A DNA stretch of 64,000 bases from Mobula hypostoma (taxonomy: Eukaryota), in the NCBI RefSeq assembly GCF_963921235.1, contig NC_086100.1, positions 63,488,001 to 63,552,000 of the forward strand. Reading direction: 5' to 3'. Within the stretch, counting starts at the first letter, position 1, and every line of letters starts with the position of its first letter. Below the pieces are notes generated by a model. That model was not told the origin of the DNA, made no database searches, and was given only the letters and a program-made list of their open reading frames with translations. The translations under genes were made by a program, and so were the position numbers. This document shows, piece after piece, positions 1-12,579 of the stretch.

Positions 1-335
1 TGAGGGGAAGGAGGACAAGCTGGAAGGTGATGTGAAGCCTGGTGGGAATGAAGTAAGAAGCTGGGAGTTGATAGGTGAGAAAGGTAAAGGAGTCCGATAG
101 GAGAGGAGAGTAGACCAAAGGAGAAAGGGAAGGAGGAGGGGCAGCAGTGGAGGTGAAAGACAGATGAGAAGAGAAGAGGTAAGAGGGAGCCAGAGTGGGG
201 AATAGCTGAAGGGGAAATGGGGAGGGGAAAGTACTGGAAGTTAGAGAAATCAATGTTCATGCCATCAGGTTGGAGGCTACCCAGACAGAACATGAACTCC
301 TGCGCCTCCATGCTAAGAGTAGCATGTTGTGACAG
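1..335 (-). mobile_element. Penelope-like element 3'/pseudo-LTR fragment
   Basis: Purine-rich tract plus ttagagaaatcaatgttcatgccatcaggttggaggctacccagacagaa, near-identical to the copies at ~11233-11282 and ~47759-47799. Confidence 0.75.
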
Positions 336-339
336 TAAA

Positions 340-616
340 GGAGGCCATGACATGCATCATTTGTGTCAAATCACATTAGCTGGGATGGTGCCGGGCAGCC
401 TGCAAGTGTCACAACGCTTCTGGTCTCAACATGGAATGCCCACAGATCACTAAGCTGAACCATATGTCTTTGGAATATGGGAGGAAACTGAAGCACCGGA
501 GGAAACCCACGGGGTGACAGGGAGAATGTACAAACACGGGCAGTGGCGGGACTTGAAGCCCGATCGGTGATCATTGGCTCTGTAATTACATTATGCTAAC
601 CACTACCCTACCATGC
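340..616 (-). mobile_element. V-SINE (HE1/DANA-like) tRNA-derived SINE
   Basis: gggaggaaactgaagcaccggaggaaacccac is the reverse complement of the V-SINE core; the degenerate tRNA head lies to the right (gacttgaagccc ... ctaaccactac). Confidence 0.7.
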
Positions 617-2604
617 TAGGCTCAGGCTGGGAATGACTTGTAATGTTTGGAAAAATGTACTATATTGACTCACTATATCAGCTGGATGCATTAGTGAGGT
701 TTAAGATCTCATTATTCAATTTTGATTTATATGGAGGCACTTTCTTTGCTGTCAGGGCATTAGCAGTGCAGACACACATCAACTTCATTGCAATAATGTA
801 TCGTTCAAACACTGAGATATTTTCAAAGTGCAATGATGTGTTTTGATAAAAAATGTGTCATGCATGATAGTATTCAGCAAAGATAGTTTTATAAAAGCAT
901 TTGCCAATTACCAAAGAGATTTCTTAAAAGAAAGCAATTGCCGATTACTTTTGGCTGAAGGTGAATTTTAAAAGACTTCATTGTCCTCTCATAATTTCAA
1001 AGTTGTCTTTTACTTTCATCTCAATCCACAGAAAATTCTACAAATATTTTAACCTTATCTAGTTAATGTCCAGCATAAATTGTAAAAGTGTGTCTAATAG
1101 TACTGTTTTACATTAATCTTGTCAAATCTGCCCAGTTCTCTTACCATTCATTGGGTACCTATAAAAATAAAAAAAATAAGTTTCTACTCTCATTAAACAG
1201 AAGCTTTAAAAATGAAACTTTGAGTAAATTCACTTGGGATAATCTTTGGGCAATGAATCATGAATAGATTCATGCAAGGACACTTCCTGCAATGGAATTT
1301 TTCTTTACAATAGTGGTTATAGTTGGAGAGAGGGAAGATTCAGCACTTTGAGTATTTTCAAAACATAATTACTAATGGTATTAAAGTTAAAATCAAGTTT
1401 ATTAAAATTCAATTTATTGGATTCTTTTTTAAAACAATTTATGTATAAATGCAAATAGCCATTCTCTTCAATATTTCAGGTTGCTGCATTAAATCAGTTA
1501 TCCATATTTCTCATCATATCAATAAAGGTCCAACCTACACACCTTCATGCATTCAATCACCGTTTTATTAGTGGTTTCTGGGAAATGCATATTGTAATGC
1601 ATTCATGAATATATTGAGAGCAATAAATAAATATCTGTGGTGTATTTACAAGACAACACATTAACTATTAACATGTTGATTCTCATGAAAAAAACGAAGT
1701 ACAACAATCAATGTGTGCAGTTTATCAACAAAAACTATAAATTAACTGGTGTTCAGAATTTTTTCTGATCTCCTCACAGGCTTTATCAATGTCGGGACTG
1801 TTTGGGTCTGGACTCTCAGAATGGTCTGCATCTTTGTTAGACTTGAATTTGATACTTCAGTTCCTAAAGTTGGCTCTGGATTGAAGTTGGACCCAATTTC
1901 CTGATGGAGACGTTTTCCATCTAGACTTGGTTTATCTGTAGTAGAGATCATTTAATCTCCATTAGCATGCTGCATTCTGGTGCTATTTTCCACCTAACAC
2001 TTTTGGATTGAGCAATCTCATCCACAGTGTCCTGGATCCCAGATGTGAGCTCAGATTCATGTATTTATTTAATTTTATTGTGAGGTACAGCAGGGTAACA
2101 GGCCATTTGGCCCATCTAGCCTGCACTGCCCGTCCATGTGACCATAAACCATAAACCATAGAAACTATAGCACCTACTAGACCATACTTGTTTGGAATGG
2201 GAGAGAAAACTGGAGCATCCAGAGGCTGGCGTTTGAGTTCCTTCTATTTAGTTTAATACATACATTCAGAAATAATTATTTCTGTCTAACTCTTGAAACA
2301 AAGTTTGTTTGAAGTGTGTCCTACCAGTTATGAAAAGATACGATTTAAGGGGAATAAACAATTTTGTCTTTCAAGCTGCTCTGCTGATATGACTGTAATC
2401 TCAGCTTTGTTTTCCTAACTGTCCTCGGAAACAAAAATATTTAAAGTCACTGCTTGAATAGCCTTTGAGAAAAAGAATTCCAAGAACTCACTAGCCTCTG
2501 AGAGAAATATATTGACCTCATACCTGTCCTTAAATGGGTGATGCCTTAATTTGAGCAGTGGCCATTAGTTCTGGATTCTCTCATGAGGAAACGTTCTCTC
2601 CACG

Positions 2605-2900
2605 TTCAGGGTGGCGGATTGGTATAGCCGGCAGGTCTGTTGTGTTACAGCTCCGGTGACCCAGGTATGTTGTCTGTGTAGAGATTTTATCGCCAGTGGG
2701 TGAATTCCCTCTGAATGCTTCGTGTTTTTTTTTCCAACATCCCAAAAACGTGAGTTAATAGGTTAAATTAGCGATAGTATGTGGGTGAGTGTTGGAGCTT
2801 GAGGATGGCACAGTGATCAAATGGAATTAGTCTCAATAGATGCCTGGTAGTTGGCACGTACTTGGCAGGTCGGACATTTTGTTTCAATGCCATATGATTA
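2605..2900 (+). mobile_element. degenerate V-SINE
   Basis: tRNA-like head (acagctccggtgacccaggt) followed by a degenerate V core (gtgggtgaattcc ... ccaacatcccaaaaacgtg ... taggttaaatt). Confidence 0.5.
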
Positions 2901-3004
2901 AGAATTTGTCTGATAAGATTCTTCAGGATCTTGTATCTTTCAAACAACAGTCACACTACTGAATTTCAGCATACACAAGTCTAACCTGTCAAACATTTAC
3001 CTGT

Positions 3005-3570
3005 AAGAGGTCTAGAATACAAGAGCAGAGATGTGATGCTGAGGATTTTTAAGGCTCTGGTGAGGCCTTATCTTGAGTATTGTGAACCAGTTTTGAGCTT
3101 CTCATCTAATAAGAGATATGCCGGCATTGGAAAGGGTTCAGAGGAGATTCACAAAGATGGTTCTGTGAATGAAACGGTCATCAAATGAGGAACTCTAGGT
3201 CTGTACTCATTGGAATTTGAGGGATGAAGGGGGATCTCATTGAAACCTCTTGAAAGTTGAAAGGCGTAGACGGAGTAGATGTGGAAAGGATGTTTCCAAT
3301 GGTGGGGGAGTCCAGGACAAGAGGGCACAGCTTCAGGATAGAGGGACATCCATTAAAACAGAGCTGTGGAGAAATTTCTTTAGCCTGAGGGTGGTAAATT
3401 TGGGTTAGATATGGAAGCTGCGTTGTATTTAATGTAGAGATCGATAGGTTTTGATTGGACATGGCATCAAATGTTACAGGGAGAAGTCCAGGGAATGGGG
3501 CTGAGGAGGGGAAAAAGGGAATTCTGCCATGATTGAATGGTGGAGCAGACTCAAAGGGCCAAATGGCATG
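3005..3570 (+). mobile_element. CR1-type LINE 3' fragment
   Basis: Degenerate ORF2 C-terminus (KALVRPYLEYC..., GDLIET..., GESRTRGHS) and the typical 3' UTR. Confidence 0.85.
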
Positions 3571-4070
3571 ATGCTCTATCCACTGTGTTCAATATATCCT
3601 CAAAGAACTCCAGTAAATTTGACAAATGGGACATACCCTTAATGAAGTCTGCCTTATGGAACCACTTCCATCCGGAGGTCTCACTATTTCTTCCTTAGTG
3701 ATAGGTTCAAGCATTTTCCTGACTGCAGATGTTAAACCAATTGGTCTATAGTTACCTGCATTTTGCCTACATCCTTTTTCAAACAGTGGTATGACTATTG
3801 CTGCCACCTGTTCCACCAGGATCAACTTAGAGTCCAGACAATTTAGGTAAATTATCACAAATGCATCTCTAAAACTTCTGCCATTTCTTTGAATGCTTGA
3901 GGATGCACCCCATCAGGACCAGTAGACTTGTCTACCTTCAGGCCCATTAGTTTTCTCATCTCTTCAGTGACAGTGATTGTATCAAGTTCCATATCTCCCA
4001 TTGTATCCATAACATCTCTGTTTTGCATGTTAGTCATGTTCTCCACTGACACAAAATAGTCACTCAAGCA
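3571..4070 (-). mobile_element. CR1-type LINE internal fragment
   Basis: Minus-strand ORFs contain LKVDKSTGPDGVHP and PLFEKGCRQNAGNYRPIGLTS (RT N-terminal region). Confidence 0.8.
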
Positions 4071-4268
4071 AGTTCCAAGGATGGAGGATGTATTCTGCGA
4101 GGTATATGGCTATCACACTAAATTCTAATCTTGATTCCATTTTGCAAGAAAATGGTGGAAAGTGTCAACAATGTTCACCTTAGATGTTCACATGTTACCA
4201 CCAATGGGGGAATCTTAAATGAGTGGACATTGTCAGAAGATAAGAGACCAATAATTTAAAATGAAAAT

Positions 4269-6179
4269 TGTTGTGTCTGTGAATGAAGTCACCAGAGAGA
4301 CACTGAAGCTGGTTATAAAGAAATCCTTATTCAGTACAACAAGCAGGCATCTTACTGGAGGTGTTTTTGGTACAGGCTACCAAACCCAAAGGTATAGTAC
4401 ATTACATTTTTATAGCCTTAAGGTCAAAGACAACAGCAGCTAATTCAGTACAATTTCAATAGTTACAAAGACATTGTTTACTTCAATACTTTGGAATGCC
4501 AAATGGTTCATTTGAGATACATAGTGGAAGCATATTATAATTGATAAGACACTTCTGAAGATCCAAACACCTTTGGGAGAAATTAATTAACACAAATATT
4601 CCAAAATCTTTTCATGATAGAGAGCCAGGCACCCAAACTGAATGTTGTCAGGGCTGTCTCTGAGTACAGGTGTCCCCCGCTTTTCGAACATTCGCTTTAC
4701 GAAACCTCACTGTTACGAAAGACCTACATTAGTACTCTGTTTTTGCTTTCAGAAGGTGTTTTCACTGTTACGAAAAAAAGCAGTGTGCGATAAAAAATCA
4801 GTGCGTGATAAAAGGCAGCGTACGCCCCGAGCAGCCGCTCTCCCCCGGATTCGGAACGGCACTGCTTTAACATGTGTCTGTGAGCAGCTGTTTGCAAGAT
4901 GAGTTCTATGGTATGGGAAAAGCCTAAAAGAGCTCTTAAGGGTGTTACACTTAGCGTAAAACTAGACATAATTAAGCATTTCGACCGTGGTGAACGAAGT
5001 AGGGACAAAGTGAGTTTGGGTTGTGGAAGCTGACGAACATGATGTTGAAGAGGTTTTGGCATCCCATGACCAAGAACTGACAGATGAAGAGCTGATGCAA
5101 TTGGAAGAGGAAAGGATAACAATCAAAACTGAATAGTACGACTTTAATTTTGAAAGGGTACGTCGGTTTAGGGGATATTTGCAAGATGGTTTGAGTCCTT
5201 AAAAAGAACTGTGTGATAGAAAAATGCACGAAGCTCAGCAGTCAAGCAAGCCTTCCACATAAGCCACAGCAGACGTCGAACCTCGACCTTCGACATCGAG
5301 GTGGGCAGTGATAGAAGATGACCTGCCTGCCCTAATGGAAACACACGATGACAAGATGACACCCCAGTGTCCCACCACCCCAACCCCCAGGCCACGGACA
5401 GATATCGATTCGCGGAGAATGCAACGGTAGCCAGGAGCACATCTTTAAGAAAAAAGCTGAAATAAACATGCTAATTAATTAGGTGCCGCCAACACGTAAT
5501 TGTCGGCTCAGATCAGAGACGATACAATCGGAGAACAGTTCAGTAACGATTGTGAAAAATTATTTCTACTTTATATAGGCTGTGTATTTATCATATCATT
5601 CCTGCTTTTACTATATGTTACTGTTATTTTAGGTTTTATGTGTTATTTGGCATGATTTGGTAGGTTATTTTTGGGTCTGCGAACGCTCACAAAATTTTCC
5701 CATATAAATAAATGGTAATTGCTTCTTCGCTTTATGAAATTCCGGCTTACGAACCGCTTCATAAGAATGCTCTACCTTCAGATGGCGGGGGAAACCTGTA
5801 CACAAATATGATTACACAAGAACTATTGATTGCCTATACCTGCGACCATGTTTGATATGCTAGGTGACAACATTTGTCTGGTCTGTTAGCTTGCACTCAA
5901 GTCACAATGGAGAAAATAATTTAGCCATATTGTCTGGTCTGATGCAGTGCAATGAACACAATCTGATTGTTTTAATGTTTGGCTCTTACATTTGCATGCT
6001 CTTAGTCTGTGGAACAGCCTATGCTTTTAACTTCAATTTACTGCTTGCAATTTATAAAAAAAAACACCAGAGGCTAATTGAGATCTCCTTGAACTTACTT
6101 ACATTTACAATAAACTGACGTCTGGTTCTTGTTTGCATTAATATCTGCTATATTCACATAACTTCCAGAATATTCCCAA
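4269..6179 (-). repeat. ERV-A 3' LTR (interrupted by a Tigger at 4667-5798)
   Basis: Colinear with 12600-13361, e.g. aagtcaccagagagacactgaagctg vs aagtcaccagatagacactgaagctg and ttgcactcaagtcacaatgg in both; TG at 4269 is the terminal CA on the minus strand. Confidence 0.85.
4667..5798 (+). mobile_element. Tigger (pogo-like) internal-deletion DNA transposon
   Basis: TIRs caggtgtcccccgc / gcgggggaaacctg; TA TSDs at 4665-4666 and 5799-5800; transposase remnants KPKRALKGVTLSVKLDIIKHFDRGERS and DVEEVLASHDQELTDEELMQLEEE; the empty site is visible in the other LTR. Confidence 0.92.
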
Positions 6180-6289
6180 ATATACCCTGCTCTAGGCCCC
6201 TGGACAGAAATCCATCCCAGGAAGGCTAAATTTTAAGGAGGACCAGTTAAGTGGGGCAGCATGTCATGATAAACTCTCGGTGGTGCTTC

Positions 6290-7032
6290 GACGTGTCGGT
6301 TTTCTGGAACTTGTGTTCCCTCGACTTGGAACACTAAATAATCAAATGCCGTCCATTCTATTCACCTAGGAAGTTCTCAACTCTTATCCTGAATGCAGTG
6401 TACATACCCTCAGTGGCTTGCCATAATCAAGTGCTCATGATACTGCATGATGCCATCTCCAACCAAGAAACAGTCCATCCTGACATGCTTCAGTCAACCC
6501 TAGCACATCTGAACAGCAAAGCTGCATACATCAGACTGTTCTTTATTGACTACAGCTCAGCATTCAATGCCATCATTCCCCAAAACTAATCAATAAGCTC
6601 CTAAACCTTGGTCTCGATACCTCCTTGTGCAATTGGATCCTGGATTTCTTCGCTTCAAGACCCTAGTCAGTTTGGACTGGCAACATCTCCTCCATGGTCT
6701 CCATCAGCACAGGTGCACCACAAGGCTGTGTGCTGAGCCCTCTGCTCCAATCACTTTACACTGTGAGGCTGAGTATAGCCCCAATGCCATATTCAAATGT
6801 TCTGATGACACCACTGTCATAGGCCAATTCAAAGTGGTGATGAATCAACATATAGAAGACAAGTTTGCTGTCTTCTGAACTCGGGTTGAACACCCTAGTT
6901 GGTCGGTCTTTCTCAGATTCTGTTATGGTTATTATTCTATAGATTTATCATGTATGCCCACAAGCAAATGAATCTCAGGGTTGTATATTGTGATATATAC
7001 ACTTTGTTAATAAAATTTACTTTGAACTTTGA
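6290..7032 (+). mobile_element. Rex1/Babar-type LINE, deleted remnant
   Basis: APE remnant (IKCRPFYSPRKFS...VYIP), RT remnant (RLFFIDYSSAFNAIIP, TGAPQGCVLSPLL, KCSDDTTVIG) and the tail aataaaatttactttgaactttga. Confidence 0.8.
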
Positions 7033-7684
7033 AAATACCTTCACTCTGGATCCCTTCCCCCATTACTAACTAATGTGTATCTATATCCACATACCTAACG
7101 TCGCTAACTGGATATTTCCAAGACTGTACAGAGATGGCAATAAAACATTCTGAAATTTGATTACACCCTCTAAGCCCCTTCAATCTCTGATAGCAAAAAA
7201 CTATCAGAAGTGGCTGTCAGTAATTCCTGCCTGTGGGAAGGGTCACAGCAAAGTAACTTCGTTTCTGATTCACAGGTAACAGTTCACATCCCATACTATG
7301 ATGGAAGATTACCAGAATGATCTTGACAACCAGTCGTTTTGATCAATCTACTGAATGGTTTTGGGTGGCTTCTATTCGGATAGCTGCAAGAACCTTGCCC
7401 TTGTGGCATCTCCTCCCATACTGTACTTTGGATCACTGGCACAACCACTTCAAGGGCCCGGCTTATTCATGCTCACTCCCCATCAGCTGGGGTGGCTGCC
7501 TTCTGATGCGGTGTGCAATTTCTTCCGCTTTCTTGGTCTGCCTTGCCATCAAGGTGGTGGAACTTGGATACCTCTGCCTTAACTTGGATTCCTTCTCCTT
7601 TATTTTCCCCAATATCTTTCTCATCTGATCTATACAACCAGTTATCTATCTCTAAGAACCAGTCTTCACTACAAAGTATAGCTA

Positions 7685-9628
7685 CTGTGTGTGAAGTTAC
7701 CATAAGTAGAGAGAAGGTTCTTGGGTAACTGAAGAGTCTGAAAGTAGGCAACTCACCTGGACCTGATGGTGTACATCCCACAGTTCTAAAAGAGATGGCT
7801 GAAGAGATTGTGGAGGCATTCGTAATGATCTTTCAAGAATCACTAGATTCCTGAATGGTTCCAGAAGACTTGAAAATTGCAAATGTCACTCCACTCTTCG
7901 AGAAAGAAGAGAGGCAGAAGAAAGGAAATTGTAAGCCAGTTAGTCTGGCTTCAGTGGTTGGGAAGATGTTGGAGTAAATTATTAAGGATGATATCTCAGG
8001 GTACTTGGAAGCTCATGATAAAATAAGCCATAGTCAAAATGTGTTGGTGCGTGGCCAAGTGGTTAAGGCGTTCGACTAGTGATCTGAAGGTCGCTAGTTC
8101 GAGCCTTGGCTGAGGTTGCGTGTTGTGTCCTTGAGCAAGGCACTTAACCACACATTGCTCTGCGACGACACTGGTGCCAAGCTGTATTGGCCCTAGTGCC
8201 CTTCACTTGGACAACATCAGTGGCGTGGAGAGGGGAGACTTGCAGCATGGACAACTGCCGGTCTTCCATACAACCTTGCCCAGGCCTGCACCCTGGAAAC
8301 CTTCCAAGGCGCAAATCCATGGTCTCACGAGACTAACGGATGCCTAGAAAAAGTCAGAATGGTTTCCCCAAGGGAAAATCTTGCCTGACAAATCCGTTGG
8401 AATTCTTTGAAAAAGTATCAAGCAGGATAGACGAAAGAAAATAAGTCGATGTTGTGTACTTGGATTTTCAGAAGCCTTTGACAAACTGCCACACATACAG
8501 CAGCATAACAAGCTATGAACCCATGGTATTACAGGAAAGATTCTAGCAGAAACAAAGCATTGGCTGATTGACAGGAGGCTAAGAGTGGGAATAAAGGGAG
8601 CCTTTTCTGACTGGCTGCCGGTGACTAGTGGTGTTGCACAGGGGACTGTGTTGGGACCGATTCTTTTTATGTAATACGTCAATGATCTGAATGATGGAAT
8701 TGATGGCTTTGTTGCAAAATTTGCAAACGATATGAAGATAGGTAGAGGAACAGTTAGTTTTGAGGAAATAGAAAGGTTACAGAAAGAGAGCTAAAAAGAA
8801 TGGGCAAAGAAATGGCAGATGGAATACAGTGTCGGGAAGAGTATGGCCATGCACTTTGCTAGAAGAAATGAAAAAGTTGACTATTCTCTAAATGGAGAGA
8901 GAATACAAAAAACTAAGGCACAAAAGGAACTGTGCAGGATTCCCTTAAGGTTAATTTGCAGGTTAATTCTGTGGTGTGGAAGGCAAATGCAATGTTAGCA
9001 TTCATTTCAAGAGGACTGGAATATATAAGAAAGGATGTAATATTGAAACTTTATAAAGCACTAGTGAGGCCTCACTTGGAGTATTGTGAACAGCTTTGGG
9101 TCCCTTATCACAGAAAGGATGTGCTGAAACTGGAGAGGTTTCAAAAGAGGTTCATGAAAATGATCTCGGGATTGAATGGCTTGTCATATGAAGAGCGTCC
9201 GATGGCTCTGGGGCTGTATTCACTAGAATTCAGAAGAATGAGGGGTGACCTCATTGAAACCTATCAAAAGGTTAAAGGCATTGATAGTATGATGTGGAGA
9301 GGATGTTTCCTATGGTGGGACAATCTAAGACCAGAGGACACAGCCTCAGAATAGAGGGCCATCATTTTAGAATGGAGATGAGGAAGAATTACTTTAGCCA
9401 GACAGTGGTGAATCTGTGGAAATCCACAGGTAGCTCTGGAGGCCAAGTCTTAATGTATATTTAAAGCAGAGGTAGAGAGTTTTGATTTGCCAGGGCACGA
9501 AGGAATACAAGGAGAAGGTAGAAGATTTGGGACGAGAGGAAAATTGGATCAGCCATGATGAAATGACGGAGCAGACTCGATGGGCCAAATGGCCCAATTC
9601 TGCTCCTATATCTTATGGTCTTATGGTC
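7685..9628 (+). mobile_element. CR1-type LINE, 5'-truncated, inserted in the ERV-A 3' region
   Basis: RT region (SPGPDGVHP, VTSGVAQG, LYKALVRPHLEYC) with stops; 3' tail (ttatggtc)n. Confidence 0.9.
8042..8351 (+). mobile_element. tRNA-derived CORE-like SINE inserted in CR1
   Basis: A box tggccaagtgg, B box gttcgagcc, core gtgtccttgagcaaggcacttaacc; TSD agtca(a/g)aatg at 8032-8041 and 8352-8361. Confidence 0.85.
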
Positions 9629-9824
9629 ATATTCATGGTTTCCTGACATGCTCTCTCTGTATTCTGCATTGGCATTACCATTCTCTTTCATCTCCGGGTC
9701 TACTCCCATCAGATGTGGTCAGATGTGATGCAGCAGGCTGGTGTTCATCACTTAGATTCTCTGTAATTACACTATAAATGAGTGGATTCAATCCCTTATT
9801 CTGTCTGTGAGAGCAACAAGAAGG

Positions 9825-10270
9825 TGGAGTCGTACAGTTTAATTTGAGTCCAATGTTTCCACTGGCTGCCTCGCCGGGTCTATACACAAATGCAAATGTC
9901 ATTTGTCAGATGCACCATCTAGGAGCGAACCCTGACTTTTCAGACAGCTCCCTCACCATGACTTGCTCACCCGGTTATGGGAGGACTATCTTCTCCCTCT
10001 CCAGCTCTCTCTGATCAGCTATGTTGCTGCTGCTGTGCACTGTCCCTCACTATGTTAACCCAGTTACAATGGTCCTTCACACTCCCACATAATCTTTCTA
10101 AACTGGCCCCAATACTTTCTTCCTCTAAACTTGCAATTTCTGTCATGCTATGCTCTTCTGTTGCTTTCTTTGTCTCGTGATTTGCACACTCATTCCCTTT
10201 CTGCAACTTTCTTTCCCCTTTCTGGGCTACCTCTGCAGGCAGCTGCACATCTTCAAACAACTCTTCACTG
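9825..10270 (-). pseudogene. pol: ERV-A pol remnant: RNase H C-terminus fused to integrase C-terminus
   Basis: EELFEDVQLPAEVA..QKG...KGNECANHETKKA (retroviral RNase H end) followed by PGEQVMVRELSEKSGFAPRW...LTNDICICV*TRRGSQWKHWTQIK (integrase C-terminal domain), with stops and frameshifts. Confidence 0.75.
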
Positions 10271-10394
10271 CATTTGTTCTGATATTATTCGCGATCATTA
10301 TCCCATCTTCTACTCCTGCTTGGGGCTGCAATCTTTTTTTGAGCCATGTTGTCTGCTTTGGGGATCACACGTGTTTGCTGTCCCTGTCTTGTCC

Positions 10395-10697
10395 GTGTTT
10401 TTCTCCCTTTCCTGAGTCTATGATAGCACCTGTTTTACTCAGTGTGCCTGTCCCCTCGACAGTACCCTCATTATTCGGACACACTCAAAAATTCACAGGA
10501 AGTTGCGCTCCCTCAATCTCAAGAACCTGAGGCTCACTGCTCTCTGCCCTCTTTGTTTCAGCCCCTCACTGTTAACGCACGTTACATCTCCTGTCAATGG
10601 CAAGGGCAGATCAGTTCCAGACACTGATGCTCCCATGTTAACTAACATTTCACATTGTCAGCCCCCTAAAAAACCTTTTGTGTACATCCATGGGTGA
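10395..10697 (-). pseudogene. pro: ERV-A retropepsin-like protease remnant
   Basis: CEMLVNMGASVS (degenerate LVDTGAS, 10625-10648) ... GTVEGTGTLSKTGAIID (degenerate LG-D-L helix motif). Confidence 0.7.
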
Positions 10698-10792
10698 CCA
10701 CAGCTCATAATCGAAGCTGCTGCCAGCCGTTTGGTCTGACCTCACCAGCTCTATATCTGGTCTGAAGTCAAATACGAGAAACAGGGCACTGC

Positions 10793-11602
10793 AAACACGA
10801 GGAATTCTGCGGATGCTGGAAATTCAAGCAACACACATCAAAGTTGCTGGTGAACACAGCAGGCCAGGCAGCATCTCTAGGAAGAGATACAGTCGATGTT
10901 TCAGGCTGGGACCCTTCGTCAGGACTAACTGAAGAAAGAGCTAGTAAGAAATTTAAAAGTGGGAGGGGGAGGGGGAGATCCAAAATTATAGAAGAAGACA
11001 GGAGGGGGAGGGATGGAGCCAAGGGCTGGACAGGTGATTGGCAAAAGGGGTATGAGAGGATCATGGGACAGGAGGCCCAGGGAGAAGGAAAAGGGGGAGG
11101 GGGGGAAAATCCCAGAGGATGGGAAAGGGGTATAGTCAGAGGGACAGAGGGAGAAAAAGGAGAGTGAGAGAAAGAATGTGTGTATATAAATAACGGATGG
11201 GGTATGAGGGGGAGGTGGGGCATTAGCGGAAGTTAGAGAAATCAATGTTCATGCCATCAGGTTGGAGGCTACCCAGACAGAACATAACGTGTTGTTCCTC
11301 CAACCTGAGTTGTGGCTTCATCTTTACAGTAGAGGAGGCCATGGATAGACATGTCAGAATGGGAATGGGATGTGGAATTAAAATGTGTGGCCACTGGGAG
11401 ATCCTACTTTCTCTGGCGGACCCGCCAATGAGGGGGGTGCTGTTGTAGTCCTATCATTTTGGATCTCCCCCTCCCCCTCCCACTTTTAAATCTTTTACTA
11501 GCTCTTTCTTCAGTTAGTCCTGACGAAGGGTCTCGGCCTGAAACGTCGACTGTACCTCTTCCTAGAGATGCTGCCTGACCTGCTGTGTTCACCAGCAACT
11601 TT
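10793..11602. mobile_element. Penelope-like insertion (3' fragment plus inverted pseudo-LTR) with 15-bp TSD
   Basis: TSD gaaacagggcactgc at 10778-10792 and 11603-11617; 11448-11602 is the inverted copy of ~10840-10995. Confidence 0.92.
11516..11551 (+). ncRNA. minimal type I hammerhead ribozyme in a Penelope pseudo-LTR
   Basis: AGTC-CTGACGA-AGG(GTCTCGG)CCT-GAAA-CG-TC-GACT: stem I AGTC/GACT, CUGANGA and GAAA cores, GUC cleavage triplet. Confidence 0.85.
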
Positions 11603-11617
11603 GAAACAGGGCACTGC

Positions 11618-12400
11618 TCTGGATTCTGCCTGCTTTGGTGAGTGACACTTACACCTTCCTCCTTCCTTTAGGATACTGCCTCCAACTATGGCCTAATAGG
11701 CCACAGCTGTAACATCATTTCCTTTACCATTCTCTGTCTAGTCTGGCAATCCCACTAGTTGCCCATGTATCATCCCACATTCCCTGGGACATACTATCCC
11801 CCATATTCCTTGGGCATTTCATTTTGACCTACACTTTGGAGTACTTCTGGTGAATTTCAATCATTTCCTCAAGAATGAGTGAAAGTTCTCTGCAGTGAAA
11901 GGCTTGTGAATGGTAGTAATTTAGGTCAGTGGCTAGCTCGGGTCATCAGGATTCTTGACCTGACGTTGTCTGACCTCAGTAAGTGCCATCCCAACAGCTA
12001 CACCTGGGTCAACAAACAAGAGAATATCTGTAGATGCTGGAAATCCAAGCAGCACAAACAAAGTGTTGGAGGAACTCAGCAGGCCAGGCAGCATCTAAAG
12101 AAAAGTGTTCAATCGACATTTTGGGCCAGGACCCTTCAGTAGGACCTGGGACTACCTGGGCATAACCTCTGCACTCTTCCACTTCTGTGCTCCTGAACCC
12201 ATGATGCCTGTTGTATTCCTTTCAATATAAAGGTCTGCTACCCTAAAGTGTCAAACTTATTCTTAACGCTCAAACAAGTATGCCACTATACATTTCTCCC
12301 TCATGAATATACATGCACTGTTCTGGCTTTCCAAATGGTCAGTAATCACCTTTTGGAACTGGTAGCCCTTTTTCACCAAGCTACCAAAGCTGGCTGATAG
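11618..12400 (-). pseudogene. gag: ERV-A gag remnant
   Basis: TTIHKPFTAE.LSLILEE (capsid N-terminus-like) and zinc knuckle CYSCGLLGHSWRQYP at 11670-11714 (last Cys changed to Tyr); interrupted by a Penelope fragment at ~12012-12145. Confidence 0.65.
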
Positions 12401-12410
12401 CTGGTCCCTT

Positions 12411-12457
12411 CCATGCCATGCCACGCCATGCCACACCATGTCACGTCACGTCACGTC
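12411..12457. repeat. pentanucleotide microsatellite (CCATG/CCACG/TCACG)n in the ERV-A leader
   Basis: ccatgccatgccacgccatgccacaccatgtcacgtcacgtcacgtc. Confidence 0.85.
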
Positions 12458-12579
12458 CGTGGATAATTCATGATCCTATGGTCATTTATCTGAACAGATC
12501 TAAGTGTGGTTGCTGCTCTTGAAAATACTCACCAGCATTGACTACTTAAATCGCTGACCACGCTGTGGGCCACGAACCT

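Noticed and set aside
1742-1951. 69-aa minus ORF ending PVRRSEKI, like a Gypsy integrase tail
   Set aside because: No upstream integrase motifs or LTRs were found.
8042-8115. tRNA gene (A and B boxes)
   Set aside because: It continues into a SINE body and is flanked by a TSD inside a CR1, so it is a SINE head. The same applies to 53640-53708.
10768-11598. Recurrent ORFs MLVN(T/A)AGQAASLGR... and DAAWPAAFTSNFDVCC (also at 21847, 22065, 47378, 54733)
   Set aside because: These are translations of non-coding Penelope pseudo-LTRs, not a gene family.
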